A stretch of DNA of 64,000 bases from Monocercomonoides exilis PA203 (taxonomy: Eukaryota > Protista > Preaxostyla): the NCBI GenBank assembly GCA_001643675.2, contig LSRY02000038.1, positions 682,001 through 746,000 of the forward strand, in the 5' to 3' direction. Position numbers and translations under genes: made by a program. The stretch's first letter is position 1. Each line of letters opens with the position of its first letter. Below, piece after piece: positions 28,510 to 42,500 of this stretch. The notes beneath the pieces are model-generated. The model had not been told where the DNA came from. It saw only the letters and a program-made list of their open reading frames with translations, and did no database searches.

Positions 28510-30340
28510 CTTACTCCAAAAGGAAGTGCTTATTCACATAAAAATCACCACCTTCATCTGAACAAGAATCCACATTTCCTTTTTCCTTCAAGTTCATTCC
28601 TCTGAGCCCTTTAACACAAATGAATCCATACAGGTTTGCCTTCTTCAGTTGTCCAATTGCAATGTGGCTATTCTTTCGGCTCTCTTTGAAATGCCTTTTC
28701 CAGTCGAAGTGAGTGATACCAGAGAAGGACTTGTTCATCTGAGCAGTCGAATGCGATTCTTCCCCGCCTGTGTTGTCCTTTGTGTACCGCACCTACTTGA
28801 TGGAGACGCGGGTGGGAAGCAGGGCGAGGAAAGAGTGGAAGGAGATGAGAAGAGAGAAGCAGTGCGGGAGTGCTGGGTGCTGGCTGGAGGAGAACGCAGC
28901 AAAGGGGAAGGAATTGTGCTTGACTGGATGTGTTCCTGTGCAAAAAACGATTTTTTGTGCTTTTTCTGTTGTTTCATTGCATTTAGACTGCAAGTTGCTC
29001 TGTTTGCCTTGTGATGTTGCTTCAGAAGAAGGCTGGTCACGTTCTTTTGTCGTTTTGTGTTCTCATTTCACTTCGTCTGTGTTCACTTCGTTCTGCTTCA
29101 GAATGTCCCTTCTGGTCAGCCCAAACAGCGAAAGCAGTCCATCCACATTGATCCACATGGCGCCTGTTGCCACAAAACGGAGTCTCCATTTCTCTTCCTC
29201 ACTTAACATGAGCTCTTCAAGAAAGCACAACATCGCCGAAACAGCTGCTGAATGAGCGCTATCTGGAAGCTCTGACTGAAATGTGTTTGAAGATGTCTTG
29301 CTTTCAGTGCATTATGTAGATACTTTTCTTTCGTTTAGATAAATTTTGGAGTTGCTTATCTCACTTTCTGTCTTATCCGATAGCTTTCCTTTCTCTCTTT
29401 CTCCAATCTCTGCCTTTGTCTCCTCTCCGCCCGCTGTCTCCACTCTCCCCAAAAAGCTCCCTTTGTCTTCCACCCATTTCTCCATCACCTCAAAGTGAAC
29501 ATTTCTTCATCCCTTCAGACACATCTGCAAGAGCTTCTGATCGTCGCACCACAAACCGATCACATCCACGTTCCACACAAACAACTTCTTCATACGCGGC
29601 TGCTCAGACAGAATGTGTATAAGTGTATCATCGGTTATGAGAGAAGGCAGCTCAAAGACATACTGAAAGGACCACATTCACAGATCTGACCTATTGAAGC
29701 GGAATTCAAAACAAAGTTGCAAAAGTCGATTCATTTGAGCGATAAATGAGGTAACGAGAATAGAAAAAGTGAAAAGTTGACTGGGAGTTGAAGGAAGATG
29801 AAGAATTTGATAAGTGTTGACTGGATTCAGGCTCAGGCTCCTGATTGGAATTACGTTCTATCAAATGAACAAACGTCTCCACCTCGTTCTTTGTCCACTC
29901 TTCCACAGTTACCAGCTTCGGAACATTTACAGTCTTTGCCCAGTGCCCCACTTCTTTATCAATGGAGAATGTCAGTCAGTTGCTCACTTGCAGCTTCAGA
30001 AAAATATCAAGCAGCTGAAAAATCGCAATAATAGCATTATCTTGATAAATAGGCAAAATAAAGACTATATTTATTCCATCAAAAACAAATTCACCATTAT
30101 TTTGACCTTTCTTGCAGATCTACCTCAATCTGGATAAGCAGAGCATCGATTCGTAAGTCGAATTTCTTGAAGTGAATCAAATTTGGTTCAGTGCGTGAAG
30201 AAGAAGAATTAAAGATCATTCGAAAAATTTGAAGATGAAAATGAACACATTTGAAGAAGAAAAGAAATTTACGTACATCAATCAGACTTTGATTATCATT
30301 TTTTGAGCTGAAGCCATAACGATCATTCCAAAACAAATAA
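28510..30340 (-). pseudogene. Decayed hypothetical gene
   Basis: Short overlapping ORF fragments with coding-like composition (e.g. HWAKTVNVPKLVTVEEWTKNEVETF); no domain recognised. Confidence 0.35.
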
Positions 30341-31377
30341 TTTGAGAGATTAATTCGTTACAAATAGCAAAATTCAAAACATTTTTAAATTATTTATGAT
30401 TTCAACTGTTTTTCATCTTTCATTTCAGTTTTATTAATTATTGAAAACAATTGGCGTTGAACTGTCTCCCTTCACTCAAACGAAATAGATAGAATCACTT
30501 TTCTTTTGTTGAAACTCTCTATCAACAAAGTGAATTGAAAAAAAAGAAACAATAAATATTCGGCAACAGACAATTATGGAGTGAATCAATCATCCCATTA
30601 AATGACCTTGAAATAAGCGTGCAAAAATAGGATTAATTGTGTAACATAGAGCAAAAAAATCTTTTTCTCATTTGTTAAATTTTCGGAAGAGTGAAAAGTG
30701 CACAGAAGCATGGAACTTTTTGGCTGCCAAATCTGGATACGACGAAGCTGCAATGATCAAACTTATGTTTTTACACACTAACAAGGGGAAAGGATTATAT
30801 TCCTATATTCAAAGCATTTCCAACGGTTTGTTTCAAGCCAGTTATTAAATTTTACTTCTTGTTATTTCAAAAACAATACATATTCAGAAAAAACAGGTTC
30901 ATCTTATTAAAAATGGCATCTGCATATAAATCTTAGCCCAATTTACTCACGAAAGTTTATTTTCAAAGATGTGTGTGCCATGAATTCAGTCTTAAGCAGC
31001 TACACTATTGTGGCTTCAAGTGTTCCCAAGGAAGCAATAACCATGCAAAAAGACAAGTTCCTCTGAGAGTTTCGAAGTTACAGAAGCAGAAAAGCCTCCC
31101 CTCCCACCTTCCAAAAGAAGTTTGTTTGTTAATTATATGTGTTTTCAAAAAAGTTGTTTTTGATTTTTATAATTATGAACTTTGCGAAGAAGATCAATAC
31201 AAATTTAATGCCTTTTTGATGGAAAATTCAACAGAATCATGCAAAAAGTCTCGTCTCGGGGAAATCAACAAAAAATGTTCATATTGTTATTATTTTTATT
31301 TTTTTAATATTAATAATTTCTATAATTTCAATTTTTCACATTTCGTTTTCATTTTTTTTTTTTTGATATTTTCTAAC

Positions 31378-34300
31378 ATGGAAAATCCAATATTATAAAG
31401 AGAATCCAAACTGTTATGATGATGATTTCTCGATTTCGAACTGTGACAATAGAATGGAGGAAGATGTTGATCCATTAAAGAATTACTTTTCAGAAAAAAA
31501 TGATCCGAATTGATTCAAATCTGATATGAATATGATGGACGAGCAGGGGCAAGATGCAATGGACATTTTCGACAATGAAATCATCTTTTCAGATTCGATC
31601 AGTGAATTACAGGATTCAGTTTTTCATCAAGTATGCCTTAAACAGCACAGCGATTCAAATATTAACGAATGGGTCCGAATGGATGAAGTGGAACTTAATG
31701 ATTATTCAAATATGAATTTGGTAAAAAAAAAAATTGTTTGGAGGAGGTAGTTTCAAGTGAATTTTCTGAAACATTTCAGGATCCAGTAAACTCTCGGTCA
31801 TATGAATTATTGGAAAATCAAGATACAGATAGTAATAATCATCATTCATCATATAATCAGTTTTCATCTCTCCAAAATTACGGAAATACATGTTATTGGG
31901 CTTCTCTTATTCAGATCTTTCGAAGCATTTTAATTCGAATTCAAGACATCAATGTGAGGAAAGGAAGGCTTTCTTCTTTTGACAAAAACATATGTGATTT
32001 GATAATGCCCCAAACTTTGGAAACAGAAAAAACTGATTATTCAGAAATTCATCAAGGACAAACTCGTTCATGTACAAATGGAAGAAAAAACATTTCCTTG
32101 AAAGAAGAAATCCACAGGAGTTTTACAATTCTTTTTTGAGTCTTTTCAGTGATAAATCATATTGCATTCCAATCTTATCAAACGAAATGATGGCTTCGTT
32201 GTGCTTCCCGAGAAAATGCTCGAATTGTGATTGTTTATCAATAGGGGCAACTGAACAATCACCGATAATCAGACTTCATAAATATAATTTGATTAATGCT
32301 TTCATGAATCATTTTGTTATTCAAATGAAAACACAAACAACAAAGATGCCTATTGCAAAAGTTGTTTTTATGTTACACATCAGTTATCAGTTTTAAACAT
32401 TTTGAAGTTTCCCCCTTTTCTTGTAATTATGATTGAGCTAACAGAATCAAAACACGATATAATACAAAGCATTTATGAAACAATTTCTTTTTCTACAAAA
32501 AATGGAGTTTTGAATGTCAGTGAAACGACAGATGCTGGAGCTCATATCTATTCTCTTGTTGCCCAACTTTTTCATTCTGGATCAACAGACAATAGACATT
32601 TCTTTTCAGTGTACAAAGTATTCAACAACAACGATAGTTTCTTCGAAAAAAACACAGAATGGATTTTATGTGATGATAAAAACTTAACAAAAATTAACTG
32701 CAATTTGAACTCAATTTTTAATAATCAATTGAAAGGAAAATTATTTCCTCTTTTATCGATATACAAATCAAATGATTCATTCAATACTGGTTTTCTTTCA
32801 AATCCCATTTCACCTAATTTATGTTCTTCTTTTACACGAAACCAACAAAGCTTATCATCAAAAAATAATAATTCGGGTAATAACAAACAGTTATTACAAT
32901 CAACAATGAAACGAAATTGTTCAATGATTAATTATCAAACTGACACATACATTTTACTAGAATCCAACGATTCACACGTCCATTTATCATCTCTCATTTC
33001 ACCAACATTTTGTGAAAGCAAAATAGATTCATTTCACAAAACAACTTGCATTAGTGGTACGCCTTCATCAATATCTCTGTGCGAGAACAACAGAAATTCT
33101 TCTAACATTGAATCAAAAGCTGATTCATTGATGTTACAATTGCAATTTAGTCAAAATTTGAATATTTACAATAAAGTTTTTCATTCAAATTCCAACACTT
33201 CATATGGTGAAGAACCCAAAGCCAAAATGCCACATCCAACAACAAGCAGTGGCTTTTTGAAACTCTTTCATTCAACACTTAATTTGCCCAGTTCAAATCC
33301 AACTTTTCTAAAAGGTAATAAAAACTTGCATGAAGGAACTGAATCCAATGACTGTATTTCAGATGAAGTAAAAACTTCAATGATAATATTTGATAAAGAA
33401 ATTGGTTATTCATTTTGTGAAAAGCCACTCAAATGCAAGAATAAGGACCATTCAAAAACAGAAAATATCAAACAAATAGAATCCAAATCAATTTGCCCAC
33501 ATAGAGATATTTTTTCTTCACATTCAACACACAAGGATGATTGCATCAAAACTCAACATAACTGTCATCAAACGTCAAAATATATCAGTTCAAAATCTTC
33601 ACGTCAGAATTGTTTGAAATCCCCAACAAGGTTAATAAATACAACAAAGGCTGAATTATACAATAAATTGATAAAAACAACAAGTTTGAAGATGTCTAAA
33701 AGTACATTTGACAAAATGACACGTAACCAAAAAAGAGCAAAACGACGAACTGATGTTTGCAATCTTTGTGACCATCACTCATTTCTCATGAAACGAAAAA
33801 ATCAACTTCTTGCTAAACATGAGAAGTTAAGTGAAAATGAGGAAGAAGAGGTCCAATTTATTTATCACCATAAACAATTGGCTGAGTATCAGCAGAAACA
33901 CTTCAGATCATTTAAAGAATCGTTGAAACAAAACAAAGCACTTATTCTGTTTGATTTCAAGGTAAATTAGTCCTTTCCCATCAGAAGAAATCAAATATCA
34001 AAATACTTTTTACGAAAAAGAAGAGGTGTCCCATTTTTGTGTGATTGCATACATACTGGTTGACCTTCAAATCAGACACAAGCATGTGTTTAACAATTTT
34101 TCAAATATTCTATCTCATGATTATCGTTTTGCCATTGAATGTCTGAGACAAGTTCTTGACATAGAAATATTCGTTAATAAAACAACATATCACTTCTTGT
34201 GTGATACTAAGCTGCATTTTCGGAACGCTTAACTTCTTCATTTTCTTTTATCAGAAAATTCTCAATTCGCAAAAGGGATAAAGTCAACAGTGTCATTTTT

Positions 34301-34838
34301 TTGTGAGAAACATTAAAAGTGCGAAGGCGATGGGGAGTTTGGATGTCTTTCTCGCTGACTAAATTTCTATTTGGATGATAAGACAGTTATAAGAAATATC
34401 GATGAACTTATATCTTTCTTTAACCAAAAATTTCATATAGACGGACGTTATCAAATATATATCACTGACAATTACAAAAGCATAACATCTCATTTTGTTA
34501 AGTGTGAACATATTCATTATATTTTTTCATTAGATACACTTTTTCCTTTCTCACTTCATTTTTTTTTCTTTCTTTCTTGGATACAATTCTTCAAAAAAAA
34601 TGTTATAGAGGAAAATGGAAATTAAAGAGTTGAAAACAAATGTATTTTACGAGAAGCGAGGCAATGAAGTGTTTCGTTCAGTTGCTTCACCTCTAAACTC
34701 GATTGGTCAATTCAAAGCATCGTTCAGGGGGGCAAGAGCAAGAGACGAAAGAACAAAAATATGTTTTTTAAAAAAAAATCTAATTTCTCGATCGAAAGAA
34801 ATTGGTAATTTCACATATAAATTATTCAATGAAAGATA
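31378..34838 (+). pseudogene. USP (peptidase C19) deubiquitinase - Sola-like DDD transposase fusion, disrupted
   Basis: USP part: Cys box LQNYGNTCY (Cys 31891), NPQEF box, CSNC and CKSC Zn-finger pairs, His box HSGSTDNRHF (32573-32602), WILCDD. Transposase part: TDVCNLC (33749), H..LA..Q..F, ILFDFK(V)N (D 33953), LSHD, FLCDTKLHFRN (D 34203), FCEKH*KCEGDGEFG (D 34329). The His box and first catalytic Asp lie in one 522-aa ORF (32402-33970). Confidence 0.75.
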
Positions 34839-35037
34839 AAAAACGACAAATTTTTGATTTAAATGTTTTTTGAGGAAATTTCTGATAGTGTTTGTTTATC
34901 AGAGTTGTGAACATTAATTATTTAAGAGCTTTTGAATTTGTCTGTTGCTCAAGCTCCATATGATATGAAAATACTCACATGTTTTTGGAGTACCCAGATT
35001 TTTGACTTTATTGCCAAAATGAAGGGCAAGGCAGATT

Positions 35038-35084
35038 CCTTCCTGAAACTGCATTGCGATTGGTCCAATGCAGTTTCTTGAAGG
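35038..35084. repeat. Hairpin: 12-bp perfect stem plus 5-bp outer stem
   Basis: GAAACTGCATTG (35045-35056) / CAATGCAGTTTC (35066-35077), flanked by CCTTC/GAAGG. Confidence 0.85.
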
Positions 35085-38000
35085 TTTTGGTCCAGAATCG
35101 GCCTCCCAGGGCAGACACTCAAAATGCTCTGAAAAATAAAATTCATTAACTTATTTATTTATTTATTTTTATTTTTTTGGAATAATAATGTCGACATAAT
35201 TATTAAACTATAACATTATTTTTCATATTCGATCATTTATTTCAACAATTGAAATCCAATTTATTTAATAACGTTTTGTAACACTTAAGAATCTGTTTGT
35301 TTTCAAATTCATGTGAAGGAATAGTAAAAGATAAATTATCCATATCACCATTATTCCCCTTCATCTTTCTATTATACAATAACAATAATTTCAGATTGGT
35401 TCAAAAGAAACATCAGTGATTTGTCACACATTTTTGTGAAAAATATTCAATAAAGTTAGTTTTTTGGATGTCAAACTTTTGCAAAATGTTAGTACTTCGA
35501 GAATAACTGCTCATGTTTATATCTAATATTTGAAATGAAAGCGACCTTGCAAAATAAACGCCAATTAGTGATTAAACGAAAATTACATTTCATTTTTCTC
35601 TGTGCTATTGGAATAACAGAAATGTGAAAAAACAAAAATGTTTTTTGTCAAACACATCAATTCTTGATCCTGTGCCTTATTGTTCACTGACCGGATAAAG
35701 TTGCCAATTAAACTTTGATTTGACAGCTTTTTTGATCTTATTAAACTTCATTCTGATTGTGATGCTATTGTGTCGTAAAATAATTCAACCTTCAAACAAT
35801 AAAGAAAAAGAAAATAAACTTTATAATCCATACAAATAGAAATACTTTCAAGTTCAAAATGATTATTTAATTGAACTAAATGATATTGATTTTCTTCATT
35901 TCTCATTCTGTTGAATCTATAAAATGACACGCGAATCCGATTGTTGAGAGTGGTTTTTTTCTAAATTACAAATAAGTGTCTTTTTTTAATTGATCGAATA
36001 ATTATTGTTAATTACAAAAGATAATTCTCAAACATTTGAATTTTCTTTATTTTCTTTTCGAAAATTTAAAGAGTAATACTTCTTTCGTTTAGTAATTGTA
36101 GAACATCAGGAAGTCCAATCTTTTTTTCCATTTAACTGTTTGCTCATTCCAGCAATTTGCTGGATAAAATTAACCTTTCCAGTTCTAAATGCAATGTTCA
36201 GAAAAAAATCACATTTGAAAACATATTCTTTGAATAAATATAATAAATATTATGAATAAAGAATTATATAAGCTAAACTATTAAAGATGAATTCGAACAT
36301 ATTGAAAATGAATACTCACATCAACTTCTTTTTTAACTGAACCATTTATGGTAACGACCATATAGATGTGTATCAACTATGAAAAATGAATTGTATTAGT
36401 ATTTACTGATCACATAAAGGCGTTTGTCTTCTTTTCTTTAAAAATATACCTTGAATTATATCGATTTCTAAAAAATAATAATGCCATTAGCTGAAAAAAT
36501 AGATGCAAAACAAAAGTTTAAAACAATGTGATATATTTTCTAACTGTTGCTCAAAGATGACAGCATTCAATGAACAAAAAAGAATCACTTTTTTCAGTTG
36601 GAATTTCATAACGATAATTTTCTGATTAAAAATACATAGTTCATCACATTTTAAGAATAGAGCAATTGTTCATTTTGCGCATACATATATATAATTATTC
36701 TCATGCGAAATGCAGACTGTTTTAACTTGCATCAAGCGAGTTCGCATTTAATGTTAATCAGGTTCGATTTAATTTATGATAACATGATTTTTATTATGGT
36801 TTATTTCTACGTCTTCATTTTAATTACGTTAATATGTTTTGAAAAATGAAACTTTGACAAATAAAGTTGAATAAGTCAATGTCCAAATAATATTCACTTT
36901 TTAACATTGTTTTTTAAATTTTAAATAACACCCCGATAAAAGTTATGTTACCAAAAATAATGTGCCATTTGAAACCTGTAATTTTTTTATTTAAACAAAA
37001 GTGAGAATAAATTCTTTCTTCATTATTATGCTTTTTGTTTTCTGAATGAAAAAAAAGATATAAACTTTGATGAAATAATAACAACATTGTTTCTTTTGAC
37101 AAACTCTTTCATTTGTAGAACATAAAAACTAGTTGAACTTCAACAAACTGGATTTTATATTCATTTTCATAGAAAAACAATGAAATGGAAAAATCAAACG
37201 AAAAAAAAAGGATATTTTGCAAACCATAAATAAATATAAAAAGCAATTAGATTTTTTTTTAAGAATCCAAAGTTAATAATAAGTGGAAGAAGTTAATTTG
37301 TTGAAAATGAAGAAAACAAAAGATCAATTAATTATTAAAAATTCACGAGATTACCATGAAAAGTAAAAATTTCAAAAAAGACTTCTCTGCCAGTACAAAA
37401 AAGTAATTAAAACCTTCTTTCGTTTGATTTCTTCTTTATTGTTTTGTATTAACTTAGCTGTTTCTTTTGAAATAACAGTTTATATAAAAGAATGTTTAGA
37501 TAAAAAAAACCGCACAATAATTATTATTATTTCTTACAATGTTCATATTTACAGACTGTTTATCAAAAATTTGTCAGAAATGGTATTCAATTTCATAGTT
37601 TGTTCATATTTGTAAAATAAAAATGATTGCAAACTTCATTGAATGTTTTCTGAGTACGAACATGCAAATATCATATGGGTGATTATAATAGAAATCTTTT
37701 TTTTTCTGTCAAAGTGTTCGACTTGAAATTTAGTTAAAATTTAAAGATGAGCTCCAAAAAAGATCGATCAATTTTATAAGTTTCTTGTCATCCGTTTTTA
37801 TTAGACCTTGCTTTTTGTTATAATTGCAATGCATAGAACATTCAACTGAATTAACCATGCCAATGATTCGAGACTTCTCTATAATCAACATTCCGAAAAA
37901 ATGTACTATTTCAAAATCAATCACCCACATTATTCAGTAAACTATCATCTTTTATTCATGCAGAATTCTATAAAAAATGATAATACAATTGCAAGAATTT

Positions 38001-39559
38001 GTAATAACTATTTCTCAAAAACAATATTAACCTTATAAATGTTTAAAATAAAACATCAACATTAACTTATGAAACATCACAAAAACTGCTCGAGATTTGC
38101 TTATTCGGATAATATAAGCGATAATTTTTGAATTCATAACTTTTATCTGGGTGTTGATTATGAAAAAGCATTTAAGTAAATAGCAAGAAATTTGCCTTTG
38201 AAATGTTTAAAACATTGCAATAACCTTTAAAGGTAACGAATGAGATGAAAGTGAAATATAGATATCTTTTAAATGTGGTATCACTTATCAGTGTTCTTAA
38301 ATGAAGGTTTTAAACTAAAATTCTTTCCTAGAATCTAGATTGTAATATAATAATTATAGAAATAATCACACATATTCTCAATTAGAGATTGAAATATTAT
38401 ATATTTGAAGATTTCAAATGAGTAACAGATTTTGATATCATATGTTTTTTCTGAGTAAGGGTTGGTTCTAAGTTTTAAATCATTTGGAAACATATTTTTG
38501 TTGAGATGTTCTGTTCATTGCAATGTTCACAAAAAACCAATGTTTGATTCTAACAAAAAAAATTAACTTTTTTTCGCATTCACCTTAAGGTTTTGTTTTG
38601 CAAATTTTTTATCCGAAAATTTTGTTTAAAAAAATAAGAAAAAATAAAGAATCAACTAAAACATAAAAAATAGTCATCAATTTATCAATCTTGGGGAACT
38701 TTTAACTCTGAATGAATACTGATTGTATAATTGATTTTCATTTTCTGAATAATATGACGTCTGCTTGTTCATGCTCAGAAAACATTTATTGAATAACACA
38801 AACTTTTTTATTTCGTAAGTATCAACAAAATATCAAATCATATGCAATTCATAACAAGAACCTAGAAGCGGTTTGTCTGAATAATCATTCAATGATAAAA
38901 TTTTTTAAAAAGATTAATTTGAATAATCATTTAACACCAAAATAATTCTAAGTCGAAAAAAATGTAATCGAAGTCGTAATTTTTATTAGAAAATAATTAT
39001 AGATAATAAATAATATTCAAATGTCGATTTAAGAACATATTTCTAATTCTGTATTCATTTTTCTGAATGCTGGAATTGGGATTATCTACAAATTCATAAA
39101 CATTAAATTACATAATTCACAAAAAAAAAAAAAAAAAAAAAAAACTGAACACAAAATGACAATTATGGTTTCATCAAATAACAAATGGTGTTTTTTTTTT
39201 TTTTTTGATATCAAAAAACGATCAAAAATTGAAAAGATAAAATCTATTGTGGTATTTTTTGATCATTGAACAAAAATAGATAATTCATGAGTGTTTAACT
39301 GTTTAATTACTTCATATATTTGTTTTATTCATGTATACAAAATGTCATTCCTTTTTTATTAAAATTAATACAAATATATTGATCAAGTTTCTCAAAAAGT
39401 TTTAAAAATAGAAAAATCAAACTTTTAAAAGAAAATGACAAGTTTCATAACATGCAAAACAAAACTTCTTGAAGAAAATAATAATGATAGAACAGAACAG
39501 ATGGCTATAAATATATATAATTAGATTTTTCAAAAGTAAATGTAACGCGTTTTATATTT

Positions 39560-42500
39560 ATTGAGCAGAAACGTCATCACCAAGTTCCTGTTCCATCTGC
39601 ACAGTTCAACGACTTTATATAGCGTAGAACGAAATGGAGGGTAAACAACAATGGATGATCACAATAGAGTAAATCTCGACTTTTCTTTCCTAATTCTTCT
39701 AATGAAATGTTTTTCTAACTTTCTTCTCCATCCGCTGCTCATCTTTCTTCCGTTTCTGCTCCAGTTTATCGAAATCCCCCATTTGAAAATGTTGCCCATA
39801 TTGTCTTCTTTTATCTCCAATGTTTTCTTAATTAATCTTTCATTACACTGCTAAATCGCTTCTCACACGAGAAAAGAACTTGTAAAGCTTTATCTGTGAA
39901 TTCGCTTCGTTCATTTTCTATTTTCTCTTCTCCTCTCAGCCAGCTCCCTCTTCCTCAACCACACCTTCATCACCAGTCTCACCTTTAACAACCCCAGTAT
40001 ATTCCACTTCACCTCCCTCACAAACCCTCTCTCCCTCAACTCTTTTAACAACTCCAACTGTTCCATGAGTAGCATTATCTTGGCACACAGAAACCAGCAA
40101 ACTTCCGCAGGCGACATGTTTTCCTTGAAATAAAGATCAGCCTGTTCCATGCGATTGAAGAGGTGAGCGAAGGAAGAAGAAGAGGAAGAGACAGAGGAAG
40201 AGGAAGAAATTGAGAAAGAAATTGAGAAAAATTAGGAGCATGGGTAAGAATATGACGCAAAAGAATAAGTTTCGTTTGTTTTGAAGTTGATGATGAAGAA
40301 GAAGAAGAAGTTGAGAGGAATAAGAAGAAAGCATGTTTCTAGTTGTGTTTAGATTGGAATGAACTGAATGGAATCCTTCTCCATCGTCTGGGAAGAGCAG
40401 TACCATGAATGTCGAATGGATCGTGTCGATGACTTCGTTGGCCACAAAATACGGTGCCAGCGCTGGCAGAGAAAAAGAAAGCGCCTTGCAGACAGAGGAA
40501 GAAGAGAGAGAAGAAGAAGGATGCTGCTTGCATTGTAGAGAAGAAGAAGATGATGATGAATTGGCTGTTGAAATAGAAGATTGAGGAAGATATGACAAAG
40601 TGTCTGTTTTAATTGCAGTGATGAGCGACAAAATATTTTCTCAAAAAAAAAAGAAAAGAAAAGAAACTGAATGAAGAACAGGCGAGCAAATTGGTGAAGA
40701 AGAGTCACTGTCTGACAGCTCATTTCCTCCTCAGCATCCTGTGGAAGAATGAAGAATAATAATGAATATTCAAAAAAATGATGAAAAAATAATATTTCTG
40801 TCAATCGAAAAATATCAAACCTTCGTCATCATTGTCGAAAAGGGGAAGATGCACGTGATCAACTCATCAGAAGAGTAGAACAACAGAATCTGCTCAATTT
40901 CATTTCGCACACGAAAGCGGACGCTCCGCGAGTCGTCGCTGCCAAAGTGGATGGTGTGTTGGAGGATGGAAGAGGAAGAAGGCAGAAGACGCCACCATCG
41001 AAGTGGAAGAAGTCAAAGACGCAGAAAAAGAAGATGAAGCAAAAAGGGTGATGCAACGAAGAGGGAAACGAAGAAGTGGTGGATGATGTCGATGTGTTTG
41101 CAGATACAAATGTTGAAAAAGTGAATGGCGTTTCGATTATTTGCTGATGAATCCTCTTTGATTTCTGATTTCAGGCAGAAAATTTAAGCAAAATGCGATA
41201 AGATTCATCTCAGGATTATTCTTCTCTTTAGGTGCTTTCATCTTTTCTTTTGAGTCCCTTTCTTTCTGAGCCTTTCTATTGTCCCTGCCAAATCTTTCTT
41301 CTCTCCCTTCTCCTCCTTCCCCTCCTTCTCACAACCCACCCGAATCCCCTCGACAATCACATACGCTGCCCAGTTTAGCACGATCCTCCGCTGCCCAAAC
41401 ACATTACTAATGGCTAACAAGCTGCTGCTCCCAAGCACGCCCGCAATTCCCAATCTGCTCTTCCTAAGAAACGCACAAGGGATACTCGGAGAAAAGGATG
41501 AAATGGAAGAAAGAGATGAAGAAAGAGAGGAAGAAGGAGAAATGTTTGATGTGCAAAGGGACTTTTGTGTGAGTGAAGAGGAGTTGGTGGCGGGAGACAA
41601 CGGAGTGCTAACAAGAACAGAAGAGGAAACAATTGGATGTGGGGCAAGGTTGATAAAGCAAGGGAGGTTATTGTTGAGGAGGCTGTGTAGTTTTGAGTAT
41701 GTATTTGGGAAGAAGAGAGTGCGCTGTCGAACCAGCAAAATGTCTGCTGCTGTCCATCATCATCATCATCGTTTTCTTTTCTTCTTCATCTTCTTCTTTC
41801 TGTTGCTGCCTTCACCAGCCTTGTGTCGAAAGTGTCAATTTGCAATGTTGAAAACTCGTCTTTCTCTGTCGCCTTCATCTTCGTCTTTGGCTCTTCCTGC
41901 TGTCTCCCTTTTCTCTGCTCCGCACTCAATTTGCTTCTGCACTCCGCAGTCTTTGCCTCTTCCATTTGAACACACCCTCCTTGCTCCTCTCTCTCTTTGC
42001 TCCTCGGTGGTGCCACAAAATGAGAGGATGAGCGCGATGTGCATAACCGCTCCTTCCCCCTCTTATTCCCATTCACTTCATTCAGTACAGCTTGCGCATG
42101 AAAGCCATGCGAAGTACAGAAGTAGAGCGGAATGTGCCGCTGCAGAAGATGAAAGCAGTTCAGGCGCACATCCAGCATTCCCACAGAAGGCATCGACAGC
42201 GTTGATGCTGATGTTGAGAGCAAACAAACCGATTATTGTAATTTTTGGTGAGTGTAGTCAATCAGCTGATTGAACGGCATATATGCATTTGAGGGTCGAT
42301 AATATGATCCAATTCGAAGTGAGTTGAAGAAGAGGAAGAGGAAGAGGAAGAGGAAGAGGAAGAGGAAGAGGAAGAGGAAGAGGAAGAGGAAGAGGAAGAG
42401 GAAGAGGAAGAGGAAGAGGAAGAGGAAGAGGAAGAGGAAGAGGAAGAGGAAGAGGAAGAGGAAGAGGAAGAGGAAGAGGAAGAGGAAGAGGAAGAGGAAG

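Larger units (their letters stand above)
30970..35120 (+). mobile_element. Putative Sola-like DNA transposon carrying a USP deubiquitinase domain (boundaries tentative)
   Basis: Internal USP+transposase coding relic. Only weak terminal similarity (GTGTGTGCCATG at 30971 vs revcomp GTGTCTGCCCTG ending 35118); no TSD identified. Confidence 0.45.

Noticed and set aside
33962-34025. Possible intron starting AG|GTAAAT that would remove the stop at 33968-33970
   Set aside because: Transposase-like residues (N..P….Q.S..FY) continue straight through, so a point mutation and frameshift are more parsimonious; not fully excluded.
35200-39100. Possible Mutator-like transposase relic on the minus strand (C.FH-like at ~38160, NSVE…H at ~37840)
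   Set aside because: Motifs are too short and need frameshifts; no TIR or TSD found. Left unannotated.
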